Part shown: positions 51,973-61,067 of the stretch, one piece after another | Layout: each line of letters begins with the position of its first letter | Numbering within the stretch: position 1 is the first letter of the stretch | Source: Wolinella sp. | GTDB lineage: Bacteria; Campylobacterota; Campylobacteria; Campylobacterales; Helicobacteraceae | Assembly: GCA_052170135.1 (NCBI GenBank) | Contig: JBQNBC010000002.1 | Location: 127,426 to 191,425, forward strand | Direction of reading: 5' to 3' | Length of the DNA stretch: 64,000 nucleotides | Notes under the pieces: model-generated | Databases searched by the model: none | What the model saw: the letters and a program-made list of their open reading frames with translations, nothing else | Told to the model about the DNA's origin: nothing | Translations under genes and position numbers: made by a program

Positions 51973-52670
51973 TTCGCCCCCTTTAGCACTTCTTTAATCT
52001 CATCAGCAATCCTAACCCAAAAGCCACTATAAGCAGGATAGCCAGACAATATTTTTCGCTGAAGCCCAAAAATGTCATCATCAAAACGAGAATTATAAGG
52101 AAATATACGCTCTCCAAGCGGCAACGCACTCATAACGCCATTATCAGCATCTAAAAGCAATGATATCAGTGCGCTTCCAGCCTCTGGATGACGACGTATC
52201 ATCTCAGCGATAAAGACAAAAAACGCCTCGCCCAAATATTCGCCATCACTAATAGCGCGCCCAGATGCAAAGGCAAGTGGCAGCAGAGAATCGTATAGCT
52301 TTTTATCCTCTTCGCTAAGTTCTATGACGCCATTTAGCTTTGAAATCCCAAGCTTGTAAGGACGAGAATCGATACATAAATCATCTACAGCATGCCTCTG
52401 CGATAGCGGAGCCAGGACAAAACATCTCCCAAACTCCGCAACAATCTCGGCAATTTTCACATCTTTATATAGCGTGCGATTATTGATTTTACATCCGAAT
52501 ATTTCCTTGTCAAACCCAAAATCTGGAATCTGTGCTCTGATATAACCAAAAAGCTCCAAAAGCCCCTCGCGTTCGCACGATTCTACACTCACTTCCACGC
52601 GCGAGCGATACGGCAGATAGTCCCTCTGCGCACAAAATCGAACAAGCTCAATCTCTAACCTAGTAGCCAT
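51969..52670 (-). CDS. Conserved hypothetical protein resembling the N-terminus of SdhB/FrdB
   Basis: L.RF.AQRDYLPY, CKINN, LAPLS...AVDDL.ID pattern without Fe-S Cys sets. Confidence 0.65.
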   Translation of the reverse strand: MATRLEIELVRFCAQRDYLPYRSRVEVSVESCEREGLLELFGYIRAQIPDFGFDKEIFGCKINNRTLYKDVKIAEIVAEFGRCFVLAPLSQRHAVDDLCIDSRPYKLGISKLNGVIELSEEDKKLYDSLLPLAFASGRAISDGEYLGEAFFVFIAEMIRRHPEAGSALISLLLDADNGVMSALPLGERIFPYNSRFDDDIFGLQRKILSGYPAYSGFWVRIADEIKEVLKGAK

Positions 52671-52719
52671 TGCCTAACCTCGCTATTTTGGGATTTTCTT
52701 GAGTATATCACGAAAAAGT

Positions 52720-53187
52720 TTACCTTTTAAAACGCTGATTCTCAGGATTTGATAGCAAAGCCTCCATAGAGGAGCGTACGCCATCATTATTATCATCGCA
52801 CTCTAGCTCATCGCAAGTAGCAGATGGGTTAATAAACAGCGGCGCCTCATGGATATTCTCCACATCCTGTATTACTACCTGAAAGATACTACCAAGTGGC
52901 ACAGTTACGAAACTAGCGATATTTTCAGCACCAAAACCAGCTTCGAAGTAGAGATTCTTCTCATCTAAATCAATGCTCTCAAAAGTGTAGCCAGCAAGAA
53001 CAAAGAGTGTAAACGTGCGAAAGTTTTTCGTAATCTCTTCTGGCAATTCAGGGGCGAACTTCACACGCGCAATATTGCAAAGAATCGAAAACGTAATCTC
53101 GCGCTCCAAAAGATAGTCAATTACATCAAAAGCGTGTGCTTTCATAATTTCATGAAAATCACGGTCGTTGATGATTTTATTTATCAT
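52720..53187 (-). CDS. Conserved Campylobacterota hypothetical protein
   Basis: F.PELP...LFVLAGYTFES...FEAGFG; coupled to pepF. Confidence 0.8.
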   Translation of the reverse strand: MINKIINDRDFHEIMKAHAFDVIDYLLEREITFSILCNIARVKFAPELPEEITKNFRTFTLFVLAGYTFESIDLDEKNLYFEAGFGAENIASFVTVPLGSIFQVVIQDVENIHEAPLFINPSATCDELECDDNNDGVRSSMEALLSNPENQRFKR

Positions 53188-54911
53188 GACTTTGTCACCT
53201 CCTTAAACTCAGAGAGAAGTTTCTTTACCTCTTCTATGCCAATCTCCCAAAATGCAGAATCCTCAATATCAAAACCAAAAATAGACACAAGTTCCCTAGG
53301 CGAACGACTCCCGCCAAGGCTCAAAAACTCCTCATATTTCTCAACAAAACCATCATCCCCACGCTTATAAAGCCCAAAAAGTGCCATAACCAAAAGCTGT
53401 CCATAGCTATACGCATAGCAATAAAATGGCGAATGGACAAAGTGCGGTATATAACTCCACCATGATGCATAACTATCGCTAAGCACCACAGAATCGCCAA
53501 ACATTTTACGATTCTCCTCAAGCCAAATCTCATCGAAATGTTCAGGCTTGAGCTCGCCAGATTCTGCGTGAATTCTCCGCTCGAAGTTTGTAAATACACT
53601 CTGACGAAATAGCGTTGCAAAAATATCTTCGAGCTTACCAGCCAAAAGCGCAATCCTCTCTTTTTTCTTTAGCTTCCCGCGTATTTTGTCAAAAAGAAGC
53701 ATCTCGGCAAATACAGACGCCGTCTCAGCCGTAGTCAACGGCGTATCAGCGTTTAAATAGCCGACAGCTTTTGAAAGCTCTTGATGTATTGCATGCCCTA
53801 ACTCATGCGCAAGAGTAAAAACATCGCGCCGTCCATTCGTATGATTTAGTAGCACATATGGGTGCGCACTAGGTACGGTACCATGTGAAAACGCCCCTCC
53901 ACGCTTATTTTCCCTCGGATGAGAATCGATCCACCCATCATTAAATGCACGCGTGGCAACCTCACCAAACCTCTGCGAAAACTCACTAAATGTGCCAAGC
54001 ACACTCTCCTTTGCCTCTACTATATCTATCTGCTCACCCTTGCTAGCAAGTGGCGCATATCTATCATAGTCATATAACTTCTTAAGTCCTAAAATCTCAC
54101 GCTTAAGCTCATAAAACTCGGCTACGATTCCCATGTTGGCATTCACGCAGTCAATCATCGCATCAACACTCTTTTGCGATATTTGATTATCTATATGACG
54201 CGATTCCTCAGGGCTTGCATACCCACGTAGCTCGCATAAAATTGCATTCTCTTTGCGCACGACATTTAATATATATGCAAGTAGATTCTTATGTGGAGCT
54301 AGTCCTTTGGTTAGGGCTTTTGCTGCCTTTTTGCGCTTTGTGCGCTTCTCATGATACAGGAGCGATAACACCTCTTCTTCGCCCATCTCCTTATCTCCAA
54401 TGTAAAATTTAAGCCCACTCAAATGCTCATCAAACAGTCGCGAAAAGGCACTTGCACCCACTGGATTTAGCTTTAACATTACACGCTCTTCAGGTAAGCT
54501 TAGCGTATGCTTTTTATTTTCTATGAGTTTTTGTAGGTAGTAGCTGTATCTAGATGAAAAATCTACAAGCTGCGCGCGCTTGCCCTCCTCAAGCTCTAAA
54601 AACTCGATTTCAAAAAAGAGCAGATTCTCACTGACTGAATTGCACAAAAGCTCATATTTTGCGTACAAATCACCTCGCGTAGTATCCTCGGCAAATGTCA
54701 AAAATGCATAACTCATCACACGCCCAATACCTTCTAAAAGCCGCTCGTACTCGCCAAGTGCCTCTAGGAATCCACTAGACTCTATTGCATTTAATTTCCC
54801 AGCATACTTAGCTCTAAATGCCTCGCTATCCACCTTGTATCTTTCGAGCTCTCTATCCAGCTCCTCTACATCACTAAAAAGCGCACCCAAATCCCATCTC
54901 ATATCTGTCAT
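53184..54911 (-). CDS. pepF: Oligoendopeptidase F (M3B)
   Basis: WDL..LF, KRGGAFS, TLAHELGHAIH (HExxH), AETAS, IPHF...FYCYAY. Confidence 0.94.
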   Translation of the reverse strand: MTDMRWDLGALFSDVEELDRELERYKVDSEAFRAKYAGKLNAIESSGFLEALGEYERLLEGIGRVMSYAFLTFAEDTTRGDLYAKYELLCNSVSENLLFFEIEFLELEEGKRAQLVDFSSRYSYYLQKLIENKKHTLSLPEERVMLKLNPVGASAFSRLFDEHLSGLKFYIGDKEMGEEEVLSLLYHEKRTKRKKAAKALTKGLAPHKNLLAYILNVVRKENAILCELRGYASPEESRHIDNQISQKSVDAMIDCVNANMGIVAEFYELKREILGLKKLYDYDRYAPLASKGEQIDIVEAKESVLGTFSEFSQRFGEVATRAFNDGWIDSHPRENKRGGAFSHGTVPSAHPYVLLNHTNGRRDVFTLAHELGHAIHQELSKAVGYLNADTPLTTAETASVFAEMLLFDKIRGKLKKKERIALLAGKLEDIFATLFRQSVFTNFERRIHAESGELKPEHFDEIWLEENRKMFGDSVVLSDSYASWWSYIPHFVHSPFYCYAYSYGQLLVMALFGLYKRGDDGFVEKYEEFLSLGGSRSPRELVSIFGFDIEDSAFWEIGIEEVKKLLSEFKEVTKS

Positions 54912-56545
54912 CTTTTCCCCCTTAATCGCTCATGCTCACACGAAATAGCCGCCTGCCCAAGCAACCTTGCTATCTCCTGCTTCTCGTTTACCACGCGATA
55001 AATCGAAAGCTCCTCTAGCTCTTCCTCTTCCTCTTTTGTCGTCGTTTTCACAATAATATTGCAGTGTGGCGCGCTTTTTAAAATTGTCTCGCAAATTATA
55101 CGAATCTTGTGCGTATCATCGATAGCCACCACAACCGCAATACACTCTTCTAAGTTTAGCTTCTCCAAAATTGCTCTCTGAGCGATATTACCAAATTGCA
55201 CATTATCGCCAGCACGGATTCCAGCTTCTACTTGCGCTAGATTATAGTCCACGACTAGATATTTCACATTTCGTCGTTTCAAATACGCCACTACCTCACG
55301 CCCAAATGTCCCATATCCACAAACAACTATATGCTCTTTTAGGGCCGATTCTTCCTCGACTTGTTGCACCACTGAGCCAGAAGTCGGCTCGCCAGTAAGC
55401 AATGTCGCAATCACGCGTAGATTCTTCAATAAAAATGGCGTGAGAATCATAGAAAAAATCACGACAAGCACAAGCAATTGATGAAGCTCTTTATCGATTA
55501 GTCCATTATTTTGTGAAAGCGCAAAAATAGCAAATGAAAACTCTCCAACTTGTGCGAGTGAAAGTGCAGTTTTCAGCGCAATTTTGGCATTTCTAAAAAA
55601 TAAAATCACGCCATAAATAACAATCGCCTTTAAAACCATAACAGCTATGAGAATCCAAAGAATCCTAAAGAGATGCTCCCATAAAAACTCCAAATCCACC
55701 TGCATGCCAACAGTGATAAAAAACAATCCAAGTAAAAGATCACGGAAGTGCGACAAATCTGCCTCTGCTTGATATTTATACTTTGTCCCTGCGATAATCA
55801 TACCCGCGATAAACGCCCCAAGCGAATAAGAGAATCCAAAATATCCCGCAAGCGCTGACGCTCCAAGCACGATAAAAAGAATCGTTCCTACAAAAATCTC
55901 ATCCATACGCGTACTTGCTGCAAACTGCAAAATAAGCGTCGCTACACGTTTGCCCGGCACAAAGAGTATAAAAAGCACCATGACTGCACTTAGAAAAGTG
56001 TGCAAAAGCAACTCGCCTATATTGGCATCTTTATTTGCTAAAAGCGATATGAGCAGAAGAATCGGTATAACGGCGATATCCTGCATGATTAGGATTCCAA
56101 CAGAGTTACGACCGTAACTCGTGTGCGTCTCATGTGTCTCATTAAAGCTCTTTAATACAATAGCTGTCGACGAGAGCGAAAATGCCGCACTTACAATCAA
56201 TGCGACTTTTCTTTCGATTCCAAAAAAGTAGTGCGATACAAGATAGAAAATCACCCAGCTAACAAGAATCTGCAAGGTCCCAAAAATAAGTACTTCTTGG
56301 CGCATAGCCTTGATTTTATCAAAGGAGAATTCAAGCCCTATCATAAACATCAAAAAGACGATTCCAAATTCTGCTATGTGCGACAATAATTCAGAATCCG
56401 CAACACTTGCAAGCCCAAAAAGATAAACTATAATCGTGCCAGTGGCGACGTAGCCGATAATAACAGGGATCCCGACCTGCTTAAAGAGAATATTGACTAA
56501 GATTGAGATCCCAAGCGCGGCGATAGCAATGGTAAAAAAGTCTAT
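54908..56545 (-). CDS. kefB: KefB/KefC-family CPA2 K+/H+ antiporter with TrkA-N domain; probable ATA start
   Basis: AEFGIVFLMFMIGLEFS, LSSTAIV, QVGEFSF, CGYG.FG. Frame is open upstream of TTG 56386 to ATA 56545 (IDFFTIAIAALG...PVIIGY..TG). Confidence 0.88.
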   Translation of the reverse strand: MDFFTIAIAALGISILVNILFKQVGIPVIIGYVATGTIIVYLFGLASVADSELLSHIAEFGIVFLMFMIGLEFSFDKIKAMRQEVLIFGTLQILVSWVIFYLVSHYFFGIERKVALIVSAAFSLSSTAIVLKSFNETHETHTSYGRNSVGILIMQDIAVIPILLLISLLANKDANIGELLLHTFLSAVMVLFILFVPGKRVATLILQFAASTRMDEIFVGTILFIVLGASALAGYFGFSYSLGAFIAGMIIAGTKYKYQAEADLSHFRDLLLGLFFITVGMQVDLEFLWEHLFRILWILIAVMVLKAIVIYGVILFFRNAKIALKTALSLAQVGEFSFAIFALSQNNGLIDKELHQLLVLVVIFSMILTPFLLKNLRVIATLLTGEPTSGSVVQQVEEESALKEHIVVCGYGTFGREVVAYLKRRNVKYLVVDYNLAQVEAGIRAGDNVQFGNIAQRAILEKLNLEECIAVVVAIDDTHKIRIICETILKSAPHCNIIVKTTTKEEEEELEELSIYRVVNEKQEIARLLGQAAISCEHERLRGKR

Positions 56546-56648
56546 GGGAAAGCCTTTTTGTGGATTTATAAAAGTTCTATTTTATCGCAAAGTCGGGGTA
56601 TTTTTGCCCATTTTTTGGTACAAAATGTAGTAGGATTCCATAATAAAC

Positions 56649-58178
56649 ATGAGGGAAAGAGGTCTTTTGCGCACAGATATTGACATGATTAGCATAGATG
56701 AGCAAATCTCAAAAATCCTAGAGAGCGGAATCACCCAAAGTGCCTCTATGTATGAGTTTGAAACGAAATATATCGTACCATTTTTATCGATTCTCGCCGA
56801 TAGTCTCCCTACTCTAGAGCCACGTCTTATGCGCGAAGAGATACGCTCAGGGATTTTGAGATTTTATAACTCTTGGGGCATGAGTGCTATTGTAATTTTT
56901 GATAAAGACGGGAAACTAAAACTAACAAAAAAGATAAAAGACATCTCAAAATCCCCATATCTATCAAAGCTCCTCTCATGGCTTTGCGAACACAAAGCAG
57001 ATTTTGAAAATGCCTATACAAATCATGAATTCAGCGAAAAAGAGGTACTAGAAATATCACAAAAAACTGACGAAATAATTGATTTTAACGATGAGTTTTT
57101 ACGCCGCGATCTAATAAGGGCGGCCATTAAAAAATGCTTTGGCTTTGATGTGCGTGATGCAATTTTTTTATTTGACAACAGAGCAAGCATCAAAAACTTT
57201 GACTATGACTTTGTGCGGCTAAATAATGAAATTCGTGAGCTTTTACGCATGCCAAACATCGATCCTATTGCCGATTCTCAGCTACCAAGCTTAATGCATG
57301 CACTAGAAGGTGTCAATATAGATGCACTCCTTAGTCAAATCACAACAGAAGTTTTACATTTCAATACACCTCTAAGCACAACTAGCAATATCGACTTTGC
57401 ACGCCTATTCCCATTTTATATACGCCAAAAATTACGATTAAATCTTGAACAATTTTGGGATAAGAATCTGTCTCGCCACCTAAAAAATCTCTTCTGCGAA
57501 CATCTTTTTCGCACAAGTCTTGATACGATATATAGTCAAGTCGTATTAGAGTTGCTCTCAAAATGTATCGCAAAAGAGAAAGAAGCGCGCAAATTCATCG
57601 ACTTTTTTAACGGAAAGCTAACATTTCTACCAGACCATAAGCGCATTAAACGCCCTGCTATTCGCGATATCGAGGGAAAAATATACAACAGTGAATCAAT
57701 ATATCAACTCGTGCAAAATCGCCAATACATAACAAATGAGATCGAAGATTTGCAGATGCGGATTCTTGACTTAGAAAATAGCAAAGAGGAACTCAAAGAA
57801 CGCGAAGAACGACTAAATAACGAACTAGTCAAACATCAAGAAGAGCACGACTATATCGAGCGTGAGCTAGAAAGAATCACGCTTGAAATCAAACGCTTAA
57901 AAGCCAAAGGTAAAGGATACAACAGTGCGCTAAAGGAGTTAGCAAACTCAGAAAATATCTGGCTTACAAAAAATCACTCCGCAACACTCGCGATAAATGA
58001 GCTAAGTGAGGCGATAGAATCACTACATCATGAAAAGCGCAAACTCCCAGATAGCATCTATCTACTCGAACGCAAAATCTCACAGAAACTAGAAGCCTCT
58101 CGCGCACTCTTTGCGGAGTATGAGCGCATGAAATCAGCACTCCTAGGAGTATTGATTTCATTTCAAATAGTGGGATAG
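56649..58178 (+). CDS. Hypothetical protein with C-terminal coiled coil
   Basis: 509-aa ORF with heptad-rich last third; abuts the kinase gene; exact start uncertain. Confidence 0.8.
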   Translation: MRERGLLRTDIDMISIDEQISKILESGITQSASMYEFETKYIVPFLSILADSLPTLEPRLMREEIRSGILRFYNSWGMSAIVIFDKDGKLKLTKKIKDISKSPYLSKLLSWLCEHKADFENAYTNHEFSEKEVLEISQKTDEIIDFNDEFLRRDLIRAAIKKCFGFDVRDAIFLFDNRASIKNFDYDFVRLNNEIRELLRMPNIDPIADSQLPSLMHALEGVNIDALLSQITTEVLHFNTPLSTTSNIDFARLFPFYIRQKLRLNLEQFWDKNLSRHLKNLFCEHLFRTSLDTIYSQVVLELLSKCIAKEKEARKFIDFFNGKLTFLPDHKRIKRPAIRDIEGKIYNSESIYQLVQNRQYITNEIEDLQMRILDLENSKEELKEREERLNNELVKHQEEHDYIERELERITLEIKRLKAKGKGYNSALKELANSENIWLTKNHSATLAINELSEAIESLHHEKRKLPDSIYLLERKISQKLEASRALFAEYERMKSALLGVLISFQIVG

Positions 58179-58180
58179 CG

Positions 58181-59893
58181 ATGAGCGAGGGTAGATACAC
58201 AATTTCGAGTTCTGATTGTCAAAAAGAATCGATAAAAAATCAAATCACTAGAGGGCGTGAGAATCTAAACGAGAGCTTTTTAGGCAGGATTTTTCCTCAT
58301 CTATCGTTTACGCTTGGACTTAGATTCCTTGTATTAAACATCGCCCTAGGTCTTACTCTAACGGGGATTGTCGCCTACTCTGCCCTGTATGGAATCAAGC
58401 AAGACTTTGACATACTTTTTAAAAGCCATACAACCTCGCTTGCTGCGCTAGAAGAGATAAAAGGGTACTATGCTGGAGACTTGCAAGAAGTATTTAAAAT
58501 GCTTAGCAATAATGCAATCAACAACAAAAACGCAAAGCTAGAGCTAGAGCGAGTCCATAATGATATAAACATGCTTTGGCGCAACTATCTCGATGTGCGA
58601 GAAAAAAGCGATGAAATGCGGATGATAACCGTATTGCGCAAACTTCGCAAGCAGTTTTTCATTGAGATTAGCGAACCACTAGAGAGCATAGAACATGAAC
58701 GTCAGCTCATTTCAGAAATCGAGATGCTAATGACACGCGAAAGAGGGCTAAGCCATGAAGCTGAAATACTCTTTAAATTAAATCGCGCTCAAGCTGCGAT
58801 AAATAAAGTAAAAAATGAACTACTCCCACACACTGAAAAGCTCCAAAAAAAGCTATCAATCCTAATCCATCACAAGCTAGATCAAGCCTCCATAAATAAA
58901 CGCTCCACAGACGCACTTTATGCAAGCACGCTAAAGCTAATCGTCATCATGATCGCAATAATTACACTAATAACGCTGATTCTTTCTGCATTGATCATAA
59001 ACACGCTTGAGATTCTCCATAACACACTAGAAGAAAATGTCGAGGAGAAAACAAAAGAGCTTCAGATTCTAAACAAAAGCTTAGAGCGATGCATCGCATG
59101 CGAGGTTACAGAGAGTCGTAAAAAAGACCAAATCATGTATCAGCAGGCACGTCTTGCGTCAATGGGGGAGATGATACAAAATATCGCCCACCAATGGAGG
59201 CAGCCACTAAATGCGCTCACAATGCTAATCCAAAGCTTCAAAAGTAAATCAGACAATGGCAAGTTAGATTCTGACTTCGTAGAAATCCAAGTCCGAGAAG
59301 GGCTAAGAATCGCAAAAAAAATGTCTGATACAATCGAAGATTTCCGCGGATTCTTCCGACCAAACAAGGACGAAGAATCTTTTAGCCTACGTGATAGCAT
59401 TCAAGATTCCGCAAAGCTTGTAGAGGCGTTTTATCGCCAAAGTGAGATTGAGCTTTTAATCTGCATTAACGATGATATCGAGGTTTTGGGCTATAAAAAT
59501 GCTTTTTCGCAGGTGATACTAAATATAATAAAAAATGCAGAGGATGTGCTTTTAGAGCGTGAGATTTTGCCAAAGTTAATACGCATTGACATGGAGCGTA
59601 TTGATGATGATGGAGTAGATTGCGCTATGGTCTCCATTGTGGATAACGGTGGAGGAATCCAGCTTGAGAATATTGAAAAGGTTTTTGAGCCATACTTCAC
59701 AACAAAACATAAATCAGTAGGCACAGGAATAGGTCTTTATATGTCAAAACAGATAATCGAAAAGCAGATGAACGGAAGAATTGAGGTAGTAAATCGCCTC
59801 TGGAAACACGATAAAAACAATACGGCATACACTGGAGCGATGTTTATCATCACAATCCCAACAAATAAATCCGCGCAAAAGGAGCAATCATGA
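58181..59893 (+). CDS. Sensor histidine kinase with periplasmic four-helix (MCP-like) sensor
   Basis: Two TM helices; MGEMIQNIAHQWRQPLN; DNGGGI; FEPYFTTK; GTGIGL. Confidence 0.92.
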   Translation: MSEGRYTISSSDCQKESIKNQITRGRENLNESFLGRIFPHLSFTLGLRFLVLNIALGLTLTGIVAYSALYGIKQDFDILFKSHTTSLAALEEIKGYYAGDLQEVFKMLSNNAINNKNAKLELERVHNDINMLWRNYLDVREKSDEMRMITVLRKLRKQFFIEISEPLESIEHERQLISEIEMLMTRERGLSHEAEILFKLNRAQAAINKVKNELLPHTEKLQKKLSILIHHKLDQASINKRSTDALYASTLKLIVIMIAIITLITLILSALIINTLEILHNTLEENVEEKTKELQILNKSLERCIACEVTESRKKDQIMYQQARLASMGEMIQNIAHQWRQPLNALTMLIQSFKSKSDNGKLDSDFVEIQVREGLRIAKKMSDTIEDFRGFFRPNKDEESFSLRDSIQDSAKLVEAFYRQSEIELLICINDDIEVLGYKNAFSQVILNIIKNAEDVLLEREILPKLIRIDMERIDDDGVDCAMVSIVDNGGGIQLENIEKVFEPYFTTKHKSVGTGIGLYMSKQIIEKQMNGRIEVVNRLWKHDKNNTAYTGAMFIITIPTNKSAQKEQS

Positions 59894-60555
59894 GTCGGTA
59901 CAACGCACTAAAACAAGCAAGAATCCTATACGTAGAAGATGAAGAAGATGTGCTAAAAATCACATCACTAGTGCTTGAAGACTATGCCAAAAAGCTCCAT
60001 ATTGCGCGCAATGGCGAAGAGGCACTCGAGATACTAAAACACGAAAAAATCGATCTAGTTATCACGGATATCCTAATGCCAAAAATGAGCGGTATCGATT
60101 TATTGCGACATGTGCGCGAACTCTACGGAGAATCGATCTCCACAATCATCACCACCGCTCATACAGAGACAAGCTATCTTCTAGAGGCAATAAATCTAGG
60201 TGTCGATGGCTACGTGTTAAAGCCAATTGATGTTGAGGAGCTACTCCGCGCAATGGAAAAAGCCATACTACCAAAGATACAAGCAAATGAGCTCGCCTCG
60301 CAAAATCTCCTAATTAGCGCGATTTCAGTATTTGTTGGTGGTAAAAAAATCGAAATCATCAAATATCTACTAGATAACTGCGATCACGAGAGTATGTTTC
60401 ACGGCTCATACGAGGATATTATCGCTGCACTAAATGTCAGCAAACCAACAGTGGTTAAAACCTTTAAACAGCTCATCGATACAGGGCTTTTGACACGTGT
60501 AAAAAACAAGCTCTACCACATTCACCCAGAGATTTCTGGAAATAAAATCCTCTAA
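59890..60555 (+). CDS. Response regulator with C-terminal winged-HTH
   Basis: YVEDE, ITDILMP, TAH, KP; C-terminal SYEDIIAALNVSKPTVVKTFKQL...Y. Confidence 0.92.
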   Translation: MSRYNALKQARILYVEDEEDVLKITSLVLEDYAKKLHIARNGEEALEILKHEKIDLVITDILMPKMSGIDLLRHVRELYGESISTIITTAHTETSYLLEAINLGVDGYVLKPIDVEELLRAMEKAILPKIQANELASQNLLISAISVFVGGKKIEIIKYLLDNCDHESMFHGSYEDIIAALNVSKPTVVKTFKQLIDTGLLTRVKNKLYHIHPEISGNKIL

Positions 60556-60565
60556 TAAAACAACA

Positions 60566-60582
60566 TTGGAACGAAACTTGCT
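60566..60582 (+). promoter_or_regulatory. Sigma54 -24/-12 promoter
   Basis: TTGGAACGAAACTTGCT = GG-N10-GC, about 30 nt upstream of ATG 60613. Confidence 0.8.
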
Positions 60583-60612
60583 GGCTACTTTGCAAAACAA
60601 GAAGGAGCTAGC

Positions 60613-61026
60613 ATGCAAGTCGGCACAAATCCTTATCGCGATTCTGATATTCTGAAAAAATATAAAAAAGAGGCACAAAAGAGTGGACACAAGGAGCTTA
60701 GCGAGGCTGAAAAAAAGAGCTTAAATAAAGTACAAGAGCGATTTGAAAATCGCTTTGACTTCACAAAAATGAGTGCAAGCGAGCTTAGACAATTCACCTC
60801 GGTAATGACGCAAGTTGGACAGATGAGCAAAGAAGAGGCAAGTGCACTTTTAAAGCTACATGGAAACGATGACAATGAGCGCAGCAATATCCTTGCCAAA
60901 GTCAAAACAATGATGGAGACGCTAGTAAATAGTGGCGATGTGGGTGGTAGTGGCTTTTGGAGCAAGATTTTAGGCAAGCTACAAAGCATGCAAGGTGCGA
61001 CCTCGGGGATAAACATCACGGCATAG
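60613..61026 (+). CDS. Hypothetical protein with a sigma54 promoter
   Basis: AAGGAG RBS; MQV start; FDFTKMS..EL motif; C-terminal GINITA. Confidence 0.78.
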   Translation: MQVGTNPYRDSDILKKYKKEAQKSGHKELSEAEKKSLNKVQERFENRFDFTKMSASELRQFTSVMTQVGQMSKEEASALLKLHGNDDNERSNILAKVKTMMETLVNSGDVGGSGFWSKILGKLQSMQGATSGINITA

Positions 61027-61053
61027 TTAAGAATCAAAATAGCGATTCTTAAC
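61026..61053. terminator. Hairpin between convergent genes
   Basis: GTTAAGAATC-AAAATAGC-GATTCTTAAC. Confidence 0.7.
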
Positions 61054-61067
61054 CTCTTATTAGGAAA

